A stretch of DNA of 64,000 nt from Candidatus Amesbacteria bacterium RIFCSPLOWO2_01_FULL_48_25 (GCA_001773695.1 MEXN01000007.1:115204-179203); one strand, 5' to 3'. Counted from the first letter of the stretch, positions 38,222 through 49,169 are shown. Translations and numbers: made by a program. Notes: generated by a model from the letters alone, not told the origin.

Positions 38222-38568
38222 GAAATGGCTTGATCGAAAGCATCGAAATAGCGGACACGGTCGGTTTTACCGGTGGCTTTAATGACCAGATTGACCATGT
38301 GTCTCATAAGCCGGTTACCGCCAAAGATGGCCACCTTGTTCACTTCTGTTTCTTGAATAATATTACTGGCAATGCGCCGAGCATTTGAGTCTACTTTACC
38401 GATATCAGTTAAGTCGCTTAATATTTTGATGGGGCGATTGGAGACTGAAAGTTGGGAAGCAAGTTTGACAGTTTGGTCGTGGATATATTGGGCGGCAGTC
38501 GCGTCCTGATCGCCCTGGACAATATTGTGAATAAATCCGTCTTCACCCAAAAATACTTGGTTGGGCAT
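38206..38568 (-). CDS. STAS-fold-like small protein (anti-sigma-antagonist-like/DUF4325-like), tentative.
   Basis: 120 aa, alternating beta/alpha pattern, in an operon with the HK and REC genes. Confidence 0.3.
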   Translation of the reverse strand: MPNQVFLGEDGFIHNIVQGDQDATAAQYIHDQTVKLASQLSVSNRPIKILSDLTDIGKVDSNARRIASNIIQETEVNKVAIFGGNRLMRHMVNLVIKATGKTDRVRYFDAFDQAISWLKS

Positions 38569-38573
38569 TTGGG

Positions 38574-39128
38574 TTATTGTAGCACCTGTTCAATGGCTGA
38601 TAGCAATTGGGGGGGGCGGGTGAAGCCGGAATCGGAATTGAGGTGGCCACCGTTTTTGATGACTATAAATTCGGCGCTTAATTTGGAGGCGAAATCATGA
38701 GCGATGTCCATGGGAACGTAAGGATCGTTATCGCCAGCAAAACAAATAAATTTATGGCAGTTTAGTTTGACTATGGGCCATTCAATTGGTGCTTTCACAA
38801 ATGGAAGATTTAACGATTTAACTGGCTCGCGGACCGGCAAATCCTGGGCGAAGCCGGCGGCAAAAAAGCAGGCGCGGAGGGGGGCTTTTGCGTTTTGCAA
38901 ATAAAGACAGGTGGCCAGGCAAGACATGGAGTGGGCGACGATTGTTACATCGCCACCTGGATCGCCTACCGACTCCCCTATCGCCCGGATCCAATTGTCG
39001 GGAGTTTGGTCTTTGGGTAGCTGGGGACGAAGAGTCCGATGACCCAGTTTTTCCAACTCCCCGGCCAACCAGGGGAACCAGTTGCCTTCCGGGCTACCCA
39101 GCGTGCCGTGGAGAATGAGAAAATTCAT
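38574..39128 (-). CDS. YdeN/RBBP9-family alpha/beta serine hydrolase.
   Basis: ILHGTLGSPEGNWFPWL...VTIVAHSMSC...GGH pattern matches the YdeN family (HG..S...W.PWL / AHS.GC). Confidence 0.6.
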   Translation of the reverse strand: MNFLILHGTLGSPEGNWFPWLAGELEKLGHRTLRPQLPKDQTPDNWIRAIGESVGDPGGDVTIVAHSMSCLATCLYLQNAKAPLRACFFAAGFAQDLPVREPVKSLNLPFVKAPIEWPIVKLNCHKFICFAGDNDPYVPMDIAHDFASKLSAEFIVIKNGGHLNSDSGFTRPPQLLSAIEQVLQ

Positions 39129-39616
39129 GTCTTTTCCAGGTATTGTTCAAGTTCACTAAAATTGTGAAAATAAACAGTGTTTTTTCCAAATGATTCCGCT
39201 AGTTTTGCGGCTTTTTCTCTCCGACGTGGAAACTTGATAAAAATATAAGGGATAAAGTATTCCAAATTTAATTTGTAATTTTGGCTTCCTATTCTTTTTT
39301 CCCAACCTAATTGTAATTTTATGTACCTGGTTATGTGACGTATAAACGTGATTATCGAATGAGCTTCAAAAATAAATATTAAGTCAGCATTTCTAATACG
39401 ATAATCAGGGTCTTTTGTAAAGGCGTTGCCTTCAATGATCCAGTTGTTTGAATTGACCAGTTTTTTAATCTCTTCCCCAATGTTTATCCTTTTTTCCCTA
39501 CCTATCTGGTCCATAAGTTCATCCAGGTGTATCACCGGAGGCGAAAGTTTTTTCCCTAGACGATCAGCAAAAATAGACTTCCCACTGGCGGTGTCTCCAA
39601 AAATCATGATTTTCAT
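39125..39616 (-). CDS. P-loop NTPase, adenylate/nucleoside-kinase-like (FlaR 'topology modulation'-like).
   Basis: Walker A IFGDTASGKS at the N-terminus; ~160 aa. Confidence 0.45.
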   Translation of the reverse strand: MKIMIFGDTASGKSIFADRLGKKLSPPVIHLDELMDQIGREKRINIGEEIKKLVNSNNWIIEGNAFTKDPDYRIRNADLIFIFEAHSIITFIRHITRYIKLQLGWEKRIGSQNYKLNLEYFIPYIFIKFPRRREKAAKLAESFGKNTVYFHNFSELEQYLEKT

Positions 39617-39680
39617 AAGGGAATTTTAGCATCGACTGGCTGGGTTGTGGTTGATGGAGTAGAATTAGAACAAGAGCCAT

Positions 39681-40127
39681 ATGACAAATCAAGTTAAGCA
39701 CTTTTATGTGGGAGTAAAGGGGTTAATAATTAGGTATGACGGGAAGATATTGCTTCTGAAACCAAAAAGGGACATGCACCCGTTTTTCATAGGTGATTGG
39801 GATATACCGGGAGGGCGAATCTTGAGTCATAGCGAGGGGGAACATAGAATCAGGTCAAAGATAAAGGAAGAGACAGGACTGGAAGATATTTATTCCATAA
39901 AGCCTTTTGGAAGTGGAATAATTCAAGATGCGGAGTTTGCGGAAGAGGGGCAAGTGGTGGGGTTAGTATTGATGGTATACATTTGCCGACTGGGGAATAA
40001 GGACCAAAAGATTAACTTGGACGAAGGCCACTCGGAGTATAAATGGTGCAGTCCTGGAGAAGCGGCGGCAAATCTGTATCAATTTCCCAACGACTTTCGA
40101 GAAAGGCTTGAAGAGATGAGGTTTTAG
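39681..40127 (+). CDS. NUDIX hydrolase.
   Basis: Nudix box GGRILSHSEGEHRIRSKIKEETGL. Confidence 0.7.
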   Translation: MTNQVKHFYVGVKGLIIRYDGKILLLKPKRDMHPFFIGDWDIPGGRILSHSEGEHRIRSKIKEETGLEDIYSIKPFGSGIIQDAEFAEEGQVVGLVLMVYICRLGNKDQKINLDEGHSEYKWCSPGEAAANLYQFPNDFRERLEEMRF

Positions 40128-40140
40128 GGTTAAACCACAA

Positions 40141-40419
40141 CTAGGCGAGTTTGGCGCGGTGGGTTAAGATGCTCGCCCAAGTGAAGGCGGTGTCGGACCA
40201 ATCGGACGAGTTGGGAAGCGTGGATTTGAGATAGAGGAAGTCTTTCATAAAACGATCATAGGTGGGGCGAAAACGGGGATGAAAGTCTTTAAGTTGGTCG
40301 AGATAATTTTGGGTATCTATTAAAAACTGGGAAACGCGGGAGGATTGATGGCCGAATGAATAGCGGCCGAGACGACCCATATTAACGGCGATATTTAAAA
40401 CCAGGTCCCGGGAGGTCAT
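40141..40419 (-). CDS. Hypothetical 92-aa protein (RYSFGH motif; possibly HEPN-like), unknown.
   Basis: No recognisable family; ATGA overlap with the upstream 110-aa gene. Confidence 0.3.
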   Translation of the reverse strand: MTSRDLVLNIAVNMGRLGRYSFGHQSSRVSQFLIDTQNYLDQLKDFHPRFRPTYDRFMKDFLYLKSTLPNSSDWSDTAFTWASILTHRAKLA

Positions 40420-40748
40420 ATTTTGACAAAGAGTTTGTCGACTATCGCTTTCATTTGGGCGCGAATTCCGGGATCGAGAGCCTCGCGACTAGAATTAGTG
40501 GGCGGGCGGATATTGATCATTGATTCATAATCAATTTCTTTGGACTCGAGATCGACTCCCCCACCCCAGAGATCCTTTTGGTAGCTGCCGTCTTGAAGTA
40601 ACAGTTGTTCGCCTAGATAGTGGCGTAGGCCGCCGATGGTCATAACTTCACGCTTAAGATCAACGACAAACTTGACGTAACCTGCTAGATCCTCGGATGC
40701 TTTTGAGATTGAAGTTTTGTCTGCAGGAGAAGTGAGCAGAATGACCAT
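40416..40748 (-). CDS. Hypothetical 110-aa protein, unknown; co-operonic with the AAA+ ATPase.
   Basis: No motif recognised; 18-nt gap after the ATPase gene on the same strand. Confidence 0.3.
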   Translation of the reverse strand: MVILLTSPADKTSISKASEDLAGYVKFVVDLKREVMTIGGLRHYLGEQLLLQDGSYQKDLWGGGVDLESKEIDYESMINIRPPTNSSREALDPGIRAQMKAIVDKLFVKI

Positions 40749-40766
40749 GAGGGGATTTTAACAGAT

Positions 40767-41984
40767 TCACGAGGAGAGGAAGTCGGTGGCGGGAATGGCA
40801 GTAATGGCGGGCGAAAGCGGCAGAATGGCAGGGTGATGAAAGACAAGGTTTAGATTTGTGACTTTGAGTTTTTTGCCGGCTTGAATGAGACTTTTGGTCT
40901 CGCGCTCGAAGGTGTCGGGGTCGGAAAGATCGTAACAAACCTGGTAAAGGCGGCTGTCTTGAACAAAATCGACTTCTTGGCCGGTGTGAGGGTGACGATA
41001 ATAAAAAATGTCGGGATCGCGCCGACGGAGATGCCAATAGATTTGATTTTCCAATAAACGGCCGTAATTTTGAGAGAAGCGAGCGGAAAGGGCGGTAATA
41101 AAGCCGGAGTCAATGACGTAAAGTTTTCTAGAATATAAAAGGCGGTTTTTGGCAGAAGCTGAAAGTCGGGAGACTTCGGCCGTGAAGTAACTGTCCCTAA
41201 AATAGGAAAAATACTGGTTGAGAGTAGTTTTGCCAATAGCTAATCCTAAACTTTTAAGATCGTTGTAGGTTTTGGATACGGTGACAGAGGTGCTATTTAG
41301 TAACAGTTTAAGAACCGTCTTTAGAGGTTCCTCGTTTTTTAAGTGATGCCGGTCGAGAATTTCGCGCTTGACCACGGTTTGGAAATACGACTGTAATAAT
41401 TCAATCTTTTTTTCCTGTGGAGCCAAAACTACTTCCGGGAATCCCCCGTAGATAAGAAAATCGGTAAAACTTGGGCCCTGGAAGCGGGTAAACTCGGGAA
41501 AACTCAGCGGGTAAACGATTTGCTCCCAGGCCCGACCACGGAGTTCGGTGGGAATTTCAAAACTGCTGAGCTGGGAAGAAGATCCGGTGACGACAATTTT
41601 TATGGAACTACTATCCAAAATACGACGTAGCCATTTAGACCAACCGGGCTGGTTTTGCAACTCGTCGAGAAACAGATAGTCCGGGAGAAAGCCGTAAGCC
41701 TTTTCAATTTGGGGTAAAAGCTGAGTGAGGGTGTCTTCTTGTATCGGAATCCGTTCATCTTCGAAGTTCAAGTAGACGACTTTTTGGCGGGGAAGAGTGG
41801 CTAAAAGACGGGAAATGGCGTCGAAAAGGAGATAGGTCTTGCCGGTGCGCCGGAAGCCGGTGACTACCAGAGCTTTGCCTAAAAGCCCGATATTTTCCAG
41901 TTTTACGGGCTGATCACGGTGAATAACCTGAGGCAGGGGGCGGGAGAGCCATTCCTGCAAAAGAGGGCTAAATATGGAGTTCAT
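40767..41984 (-). CDS. AAA+ ATPase of the COG1373 type (AAA_14 + DUF4143-like C-terminal domain).
   Basis: Walker A ALVVTGFRRTGKTYLL, Walker B YLFLDELQ; ~400 aa with a non-ATPase C-terminal domain. Confidence 0.65.
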   Translation of the reverse strand: MNSIFSPLLQEWLSRPLPQVIHRDQPVKLENIGLLGKALVVTGFRRTGKTYLLFDAISRLLATLPRQKVVYLNFEDERIPIQEDTLTQLLPQIEKAYGFLPDYLFLDELQNQPGWSKWLRRILDSSSIKIVVTGSSSQLSSFEIPTELRGRAWEQIVYPLSFPEFTRFQGPSFTDFLIYGGFPEVVLAPQEKKIELLQSYFQTVVKREILDRHHLKNEEPLKTVLKLLLNSTSVTVSKTYNDLKSLGLAIGKTTLNQYFSYFRDSYFTAEVSRLSASAKNRLLYSRKLYVIDSGFITALSARFSQNYGRLLENQIYWHLRRRDPDIFYYRHPHTGQEVDFVQDSRLYQVCYDLSDPDTFERETKSLIQAGKKLKVTNLNLVFHHPAILPLSPAITAIPATDFLSS

Positions 41985-42009
41985 AGTACAGAACTATAGC
42001 GATTCTGTA

Positions 42010-42591
42010 CTACAATGTCAAATTTGAGTCCGGTTTCGACACTCTAAAGATGTGGGGTTTGGCCAGAAGCAGGCTTATTAGAGTCAGGGCGGATGGAAGT
42101 TGCTGGTTGACTAATAAATTATACGCTTGATCGAATGGTAAGGTTTTGATTTCCAATCGCTCGACGGGGTCGTTGGGTAGAGAGTGGGGTTTCAGGTCCG
42201 TGGCCAGCACAACATAGTAATTGCTATCTATATGGATAGTAGGTGTAAATTTGGCCAAGATCACTAGTTTGTCAGCTTTCATTCCGATCTCTTCCTGGAG
42301 TTCACGATTGGCGTTGTCCAATACTTGCTTATCAGATGGATGTTCGGCTTCGACGCCCCCGGCGGGAAGTTCCCAAACATAATCTTTCCTGGTCGGGCGC
42401 CATTGACGGACACAATATACAGAGTTGTCGTCTGTAAGGGCGATGATACCAACCACATCGCGCGATCTAACATACTGCCAGACAGCAGTCTTACCACCCG
42501 GAAGTTTGACTGTGGCGTCTACGAGCTGGTGTTTGTGGTTTGTGGGGGAAGTGATAACCGATTCTGAAATTATTTTATAACCGGTAGGCAT
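42010..42591 (-). CDS. NUDIX hydrolase (ADP-ribose pyrophosphatase-like).
   Basis: ELPAGGVEAEHPSDKQVLDNANRELQEEIGM Nudix box. Confidence 0.7.
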   Translation of the reverse strand: MPTGYKIISESVITSPTNHKHQLVDATVKLPGGKTAVWQYVRSRDVVGIIALTDDNSVYCVRQWRPTRKDYVWELPAGGVEAEHPSDKQVLDNANRELQEEIGMKADKLVILAKFTPTIHIDSNYYVVLATDLKPHSLPNDPVERLEIKTLPFDQAYNLLVNQQLPSALTLISLLLAKPHIFRVSKPDSNLTL

Positions 42592-42616
42592 GAAGGGATT
42601 TTAGCACTTGGGGGGT

Positions 42617-44257
<1,641 letters not shown>

Positions 44258-44575
44258 TTAGCTTATTACAGCTAGGATGTCCTCGAATTTGACAAATAAG
44301 TATTCCTTGTTATCAATCTTGACTTCGTTGCCGCCCCATTTTTTGTAAATCACCTTATCGTTTTTTTTGGCGGGAGCTTTTTTCTTGGCGCCGGAATCGG
44401 TCACGTCGTCATCCCCTACTGCTAGAACTTTGCCTTCTTGGGGTTTATCGCCTTTGGCGGAGTCGGGAAGATAAATGCCGGAGCTGGTTTGGGTAGGTTG
44501 GTCGTCCGGCTCGATAAACAAGTAGCCGGCTGCTGGCTGGATTTGGGAAAGACGGGTTTTATCACTCTTGGCCAT
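44258..44575 (-). CDS. groES: Co-chaperonin GroES with an extended Lys/Ala-rich insertion near the roof hairpin.
   Basis: SGIYLPDSAKGDKPQEGKVLAVG... and ...EYLFVKFEDILAVI. Sits directly upstream of groEL on the same strand. Confidence 0.9.
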   Translation of the reverse strand: MAKSDKTRLSQIQPAAGYLFIEPDDQPTQTSSGIYLPDSAKGDKPQEGKVLAVGDDDVTDSGAKKKAPAKKNDKVIYKKWGGNEVKIDNKEYLFVKFEDILAVIS

Positions 44576-44578
44576 GGT

Positions 44579-44618
44579 TTGCTAGCAATATATACCAGAC
44601 AGCCTAAATTCTTGTCAA
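44579..44618 (-). promoter_or_regulatory. groES promoter: TTGACA-N18-TATATA (minus strand), followed by the 10-bp palindrome TTGCTAGCAA in the 13-nt leader.
   Basis: Complement of 44613-44618 is TTGACA; 44589-44594 is TATATA; the palindrome spans 44579-44588. No CIRCE-like TTAGCACTC-N9-GAGTGCTAA found. Confidence 0.45.
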
Positions 44619-45059
44619 GAGGGAAGATAGTTCGGTCAAAAATTTAGCTTGGGCGGGATGAATTTTGACTTGGGCGATGGAGAGAGAAAACCACTCGCCC
44701 CTGTCGACTTCGGGGTAAGATTTACCAAAGAGGACAAAAGTGTTGCTCTTGAGCTGGGTGGGGTCGAGATTACCTTCCACGGACCAGGCATAAATAACTT
44801 TGCCGCTTTGGATCTTGACTGGAGATAGAGGTACAAAATCGCCGGAGATGATAGCGCCGGTTTCTTCAAAAAATTCTCTTTTGGCAGTCTGAAGCTGATC
44901 TTCGCCGGGGCTAAACTCTCCTTTGGGAATGGACCAGACTCCCATGTTCTTTTTGGCCCAGAACGGGCCGCCGGGATGGACGAGAAAAATTTGCAGGTCG
45001 GGCTGGTGACGAAAAAGCAAGATGCCAGCGCTATTTTTTCTGAGGGTGGAAGAAGGCAT
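44604..45059 (-). CDS. NUDIX hydrolase (HPGGPFWAKKxxGxWSIPKGE subfamily).
   Basis: LLFRHQPDLQIFLVHPGGPFWAKKNMGVWSIPKGEFSPGEDQLQTAKREFFEETG. Confidence 0.7.
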   Translation of the reverse strand: MPSSTLRKNSAGILLFRHQPDLQIFLVHPGGPFWAKKNMGVWSIPKGEFSPGEDQLQTAKREFFEETGAIISGDFVPLSPVKIQSGKVIYAWSVEGNLDPTQLKSNTFVLFGKSYPEVDRGEWFSLSIAQVKIHPAQAKFLTELSSLLTRI

Positions 45060-45888
45060 AGCCTAATCCTACTCTTTCTGTGGTCATTTTGGGTTTCATA
45101 TATAAATATTGCAACCAGAATAGTAATAGATTTATTGGAAACAGTAAATTTGAAATTTTAAATTTTAAATTTGAAATCAAGTCTAAGTTATTAAATTTTA
45201 AATTTTTCAATGATTCTGAATAAGCCACTGGAAGGTAATCTTTGGCCCAGGAGTTGGCGGTTAAAAACCCGTAGTGGGTGCCGCCGCGGTCGAAGATGCA
45301 TTTGGCTTGCAAAATTTCGTGGGCGGTATATAAGTTATTAGCTGTTAGTCGTAAGCTATTAGCATCTAAATAGAGGTTGTCGCAGATGAGGCCGGGGGCG
45401 ATTTTGACTCCCGGTTTGCGGCGAAAAGAATGGATGTTGAGATACACAAGGAGACGGGTGAGCCAGAGGGTGTGGGGAGAGGTAATAATCATCAAATCGA
45501 TGTCGTCGTCTGCGGGGCAGTTGTTCATGGCCAGGGCGCCGGTGACGAAGATGGCCTGGATAAAGGGAATTTTGGAGAGTTTATCCCCTACTCTGCGAGC
45601 GATTAACCATTTTGGTTTACTGAACTTCGCACGTTGTTTTCTGAGATGAATTGAGTTCTGATAACCTGACAAAAAATAAAATCCGTCTTTTTTCTGTACC
45701 TCACCCCATCCCTCTCCTAAATTCTCGCTTTGCTCGTGCCGTTGGCCAGGAGAGGGAGCCAGAGGGAGAGGTTTAGAACTCCAACGGCGGATTTCTGTAT
45801 ACGTTAGCGGGTAGTCGTAGCGGGCGAAGTAGGACAGGGTATTTGCCAGGGAGTTATTTTTGAGTTGGGGGAGCGACGATGAGGCCAT
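45031..45888 (-). CDS. Polymerase-beta-superfamily nucleotidyltransferase-like protein carrying an inserted repeat element. C-terminal extent uncertain because the 3' end runs into AT-rich simple repeats.
   Basis: TGALAMNNCPADDDIDLMII (G[SG]…DxD NTase motif). The N-terminal segment LAPSPGQRHEQSENLGEGWGEV is encoded by repeat copy R3. Confidence 0.4.
   Translation of the reverse strand: MASSSLPQLKNNSLANTLSYFARYDYPLTYTEIRRWSSKPLPLAPSPGQRHEQSENLGEGWGEVQKKDGFYFLSGYQNSIHLRKQRAKFSKPKWLIARRVGDKLSKIPFIQAIFVTGALAMNNCPADDDIDLMIITSPHTLWLTRLLVYLNIHSFRRKPGVKIAPGLICDNLYLDANSLRLTANNLYTAHEILQAKCIFDRGGTHYGFLTANSWAKDYLPVAYSESLKNLKFNNLDLISNLKFKISNLLFPINLLLFWLQYLYMKPKMTTERVGLGYAFFHPQKK
45699..45771. repeat. Full-length copy (R3) of the GC-rich inverted-repeat element: CCTCACCCCATCCCTCTCCT – 29-nt loop – AGGAGAGGGAGCCAGAGGGAGAGG, in frame inside the NTase-like gene.
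   Basis: Both arms are exact reverse complements of the arms of copy R4 (59189-59237). The loop resembles the loop of R5. Confidence 0.75.
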
Positions 45889-47374
45889 ATTGAGTCAAGA
45901 CCTGGGAAATGCCATTGTTTAGAGTCTTGATGGCACTTCCAGGAGAACCGCCATTGACTACATAGTTGACGGCGTCGGCAAAATATGTGGAGAGGCGGGA
46001 GTTGATACCGGAAGAACCATCAAAAGTGTGGGAGGCGATATACCAAGAATGAGAAATCGGGGCTTGGGAAATAATGGCACCTAAATAAGGTGAGCCTTGA
46101 ACTGAACTGGCCAGATCTACCCGGCTATAAGGCTCGCCAAAAGCCCGACCGGAAGAGGTGCTTTGCTGGAAGAATTTTTGTTGTCCATCTTTGGAGCTTA
46201 GGAATTTGATAAAATCCCATGCGGTCCCTTGCTGCGGGCTTTTTTTATTGACTGCTTCTACCCAGTAACTAGCCCAGGCGATAGGTTGTTCACCGCGGGA
46301 TGTGTCGACTGGAAGTTGGGGAATGGGATGGAGACTAAATTTAAGATTGGGGTTTTTGGACTGAATTTCAAAGACACGCCAAGAGGGGGCGAAATAAAAA
46401 CCGACCTTGCCGGCGGCAAATTGGGTAGTGGAACTGGGAAGGGTGGAGTTCCACATCCGGTCAAACTTGGCAAAATTGGTGTAGTAGGTGAGAACGTCTT
46501 CGGCGGCTTTACCGGAAGGGGAATTGAGATTGACTTTGTTTTGGAGCATGATGACGGACAAAATATCTTGCCAGTGATCGATGTTGTCAGCCGTTCCCAT
46601 CGCGGCGCCGGAAATGATAGGCCGGGATTTGGAAGTACAACTGCTATCGGGGGTGTCACACCTGGTCATGGCTTGGGCGGCAACGCGAAAGTCGTCCCAA
46701 TTTTGGGGTACTGAGTGGCCGGACCCACGCAGGAGATCGTCGTTGATGTACATGGCCAGTCCGTCGTATTCCAAGGGAATGGCCAGATACGAACTGCCTA
46801 ATCTCAAATCGGCCCGGGCGGTGGGGTAAAAAGTCGAGTCATACTCTTGGGGTGAGTAAATTTCCGGCGGAACCGGGGCTAGATCTGCCCGAAACATGGG
46901 AATCCAGGAGTTGTGAATGCGGAAAATGTCCGGGCCCTTCGACTGGCTCAAGGCGGCTTGGAGGCGTTCCCTGTATTCGGTAGGAGATTGCTGGGTATAT
47001 TCGATTTTGACTTTGGGGTGACTTGCTTGATATTCCTCTATTAGAGGTTTCATAACCGTGTCCGGCTCCCACAAGCCCCAATATTTAATGGTCTGGGAGG
47101 AGAGGGGGGAAGACTTAAGAAGAAAAAGGGCGGCGAACGCCCCCAGACCAACAACCAACAATCCTGCCAAAGCCAAAAATAGGGCTTTGGTGGGGAAGCG
47201 ACGGGAACTGACTACTTTGACTGGAGCTTGGGGAGTAGGTTGGGAAGCAGCATCTCGGGATGGAGGGGGCGGGGGGGGAGGAGTGGAACTGGATAGTCGG
47301 AAGGGTAAATTGGGTGATTGGTCCGGAGGAGGCGGAGCCGGTGGTACTAGGGTAGGAGGGGTGGTGATGTCCAT
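45854..47374 (-). CDS. Extracellular solute-binding protein (SBP_bac_1, sugar-type ABC substrate-binding) with a poly-proline N-terminal tail and a TM anchor; no cognate permease in the window.
   Basis: MDITTPPTLVPPAPPPPDQSPN...PPPPPPPS...; TM helix; mature domain ...IKYWGLWEPDT...IFRIHNSWIPMF... is typical of family-1 SBPs. Confidence 0.6.
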   Translation of the reverse strand: MDITTPPTLVPPAPPPPDQSPNLPFRLSSSTPPPPPPPSRDAASQPTPQAPVKVVSSRRFPTKALFLALAGLLVVGLGAFAALFLLKSSPLSSQTIKYWGLWEPDTVMKPLIEEYQASHPKVKIEYTQQSPTEYRERLQAALSQSKGPDIFRIHNSWIPMFRADLAPVPPEIYSPQEYDSTFYPTARADLRLGSSYLAIPLEYDGLAMYINDDLLRGSGHSVPQNWDDFRVAAQAMTRCDTPDSSCTSKSRPIISGAAMGTADNIDHWQDILSVIMLQNKVNLNSPSGKAAEDVLTYYTNFAKFDRMWNSTLPSSTTQFAAGKVGFYFAPSWRVFEIQSKNPNLKFSLHPIPQLPVDTSRGEQPIAWASYWVEAVNKKSPQQGTAWDFIKFLSSKDGQQKFFQQSTSSGRAFGEPYSRVDLASSVQGSPYLGAIISQAPISHSWYIASHTFDGSSGINSRLSTYFADAVNYVVNGGSPGSAIKTLNNGISQVLTQYGLIVAPPTQK

Positions 47375-47426
47375 AGTAATGCCAAGTATATACTAACAAT
47401 AGTTGAATTATAATTGCTAGTGAATT

Positions 47427-49169
47427 ATGGGTTTGACTAAAATTAAGTTTTTGATTGCAGCTACAGTAGTTTTGGGAGTGTTTTTGGGCCTGATGTTAGA
47501 GGGAGTTTATTGGGGGCGGGTAGCATGGGGGGTGAGAGTGGGAAGAGTAGAGGTGGGAGGAATGAAAACCGAGGAGGCAAGAGCTAAAATCTTAAACCAG
47601 TTGCGTGTCTCACAAATTGAGGTGGTCTGGGGAACGACAAAAACCGTCATCCCGGCAAATAGAATTGGTCTCTTGTACGAGCCGGATCGTTCTTGGCAAA
47701 AAGCGGTGAGTCTGGGTCATGATAAAGGAATTTTGGTTAATTGGAGCACCAGAGGGCGGGCACTTCGATGGGGGATGGTAGTCGATCCGGTTTTTACCTT
47801 GGATGAGAATCGCCTGGCGGGAGAGATTGCCAGTATCGCCTCATATATCAATATTCCGGCGGTGGAGCCAGAAATTCAGATAGAGACTTTTGGAAAAACC
47901 AAAAGAGTGAATGTGAGTCTGGGGGAAAACGGGCAAGAAGTGGACGAGCAAAAATTGATTTCCCGAGTCCGGGCGGTTGTTGCCGCTGGAGATAATGAGG
48001 AAATAGAAATACCTATTGTACGAATTACGCCAAAATTGTCAGACGATGAAGCTAAAACGGTTTTAACCCGGGCTGAGAAAATCGTCGATAGGATGGTTGA
48101 AGTAAAGTTTGACGAGCTGGCGTTGAAGTGGGATATCGGCGATGAAGAACTAACCAAGTGGATAGACGCAGGGGGCGGATGGAAGAGACCGCTTATAGAA
48201 CTTTGGGGGCAACAGTTGGCCCAGAATGTGGATCGACCGGCACAAAACGCTCAATTACATTTTGTCAGGCCCGGCAGGGTAGAGGAATTTAAGCCCGGCC
48301 GGGATGGGTATCGGGTGGATCAATTGGGGCTGACTGCCAATATCGAGGCGGCCTTAACTCGGCTTCTTTCTGGCAGCCCAAAAGAGGTGGTGGACTTGCC
48401 GGTGGAGAGGACAGCTCCAGAAGTCAAAACCGGGGACGCCAACAATTTGGGGATAAAAGAGCTAATCGGCCGGGGAGAATCGTGGTTCGTAGGATCGATT
48501 ACCAACAGAATTTATAACCTGCAAAAGGCGGCCGCCGAAATAAACGGGGTATTGGTAGCGCCGGGGGAAACGTTTTCATTTAACCAGACTGTGGGAGATA
48601 TATCGTCGGCGACTGGGTACAGACAAGCTTACATCATTAAAGAAGGTAGAACTATATTGGGAGACGGAGGCGGAGTGTGCCAGGTGTCCTCTACTCTATT
48701 TCGAGCAGTCCTTTCGGCCGGACTACCAATTGAGGCGCGAACGGCCCATGCTTTCCGGGTGTCTTATTACGAAGTCAAATACCAACCAGGGTTTGACGCC
48801 ACAGTATTTCAACCGGAACCGGACTTTAAATTCAGAAACGATACGCAGGGGCATATCTTGATCCAGACGGTATATGATGAGAAGACTAAATATCTGGCAT
48901 TTGAAATATACGGCACGTCTGACGGCAGGAAAGTGGAGATTTCCAAAGCCAGGATTTGGGATGTGGTGGCACCGCCTCCGGACTTGTACCAGGATGATCC
49001 AACCTTGGCAGTGGGAGTGGTCAGGGAAGTTGAGCACAAGGCGTGGGGGGCTAAGGTGGCTTTTGATTGGAAAGTGACTCGGGGGGAGGAAATGTTGCAG
49101 GAGCGAACCTTCTATTCCAACTACCGCCCCTGGCAGGCCGTGTTTTTGCGAGGAACGAAGACTAATTAA
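47427..49169 (+). CDS. VanW-family protein (N-terminal TM, C-terminal VanW domain).
   Basis: ...GYRQAYIIKEGRTILGDGGGVCQVSSTLFRAV...PGFDATVF... VanW domain core; 580 aa. Confidence 0.8.
   Translation: MGLTKIKFLIAATVVLGVFLGLMLEGVYWGRVAWGVRVGRVEVGGMKTEEARAKILNQLRVSQIEVVWGTTKTVIPANRIGLLYEPDRSWQKAVSLGHDKGILVNWSTRGRALRWGMVVDPVFTLDENRLAGEIASIASYINIPAVEPEIQIETFGKTKRVNVSLGENGQEVDEQKLISRVRAVVAAGDNEEIEIPIVRITPKLSDDEAKTVLTRAEKIVDRMVEVKFDELALKWDIGDEELTKWIDAGGGWKRPLIELWGQQLAQNVDRPAQNAQLHFVRPGRVEEFKPGRDGYRVDQLGLTANIEAALTRLLSGSPKEVVDLPVERTAPEVKTGDANNLGIKELIGRGESWFVGSITNRIYNLQKAAAEINGVLVAPGETFSFNQTVGDISSATGYRQAYIIKEGRTILGDGGGVCQVSSTLFRAVLSAGLPIEARTAHAFRVSYYEVKYQPGFDATVFQPEPDFKFRNDTQGHILIQTVYDEKTKYLAFEIYGTSDGRKVEISKARIWDVVAPPPDLYQDDPTLAVGVVREVEHKAWGAKVAFDWKVTRGEEMLQERTFYSNYRPWQAVFLRGTKTN

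Noticed and set aside
42592-42616. TTAGCACTtggggggTTTAG resembling half a CIRCE element.
   Set aside because: It lies downstream of groEL rather than upstream of groES, and it lacks the inverted GAGTGCTAA partner.
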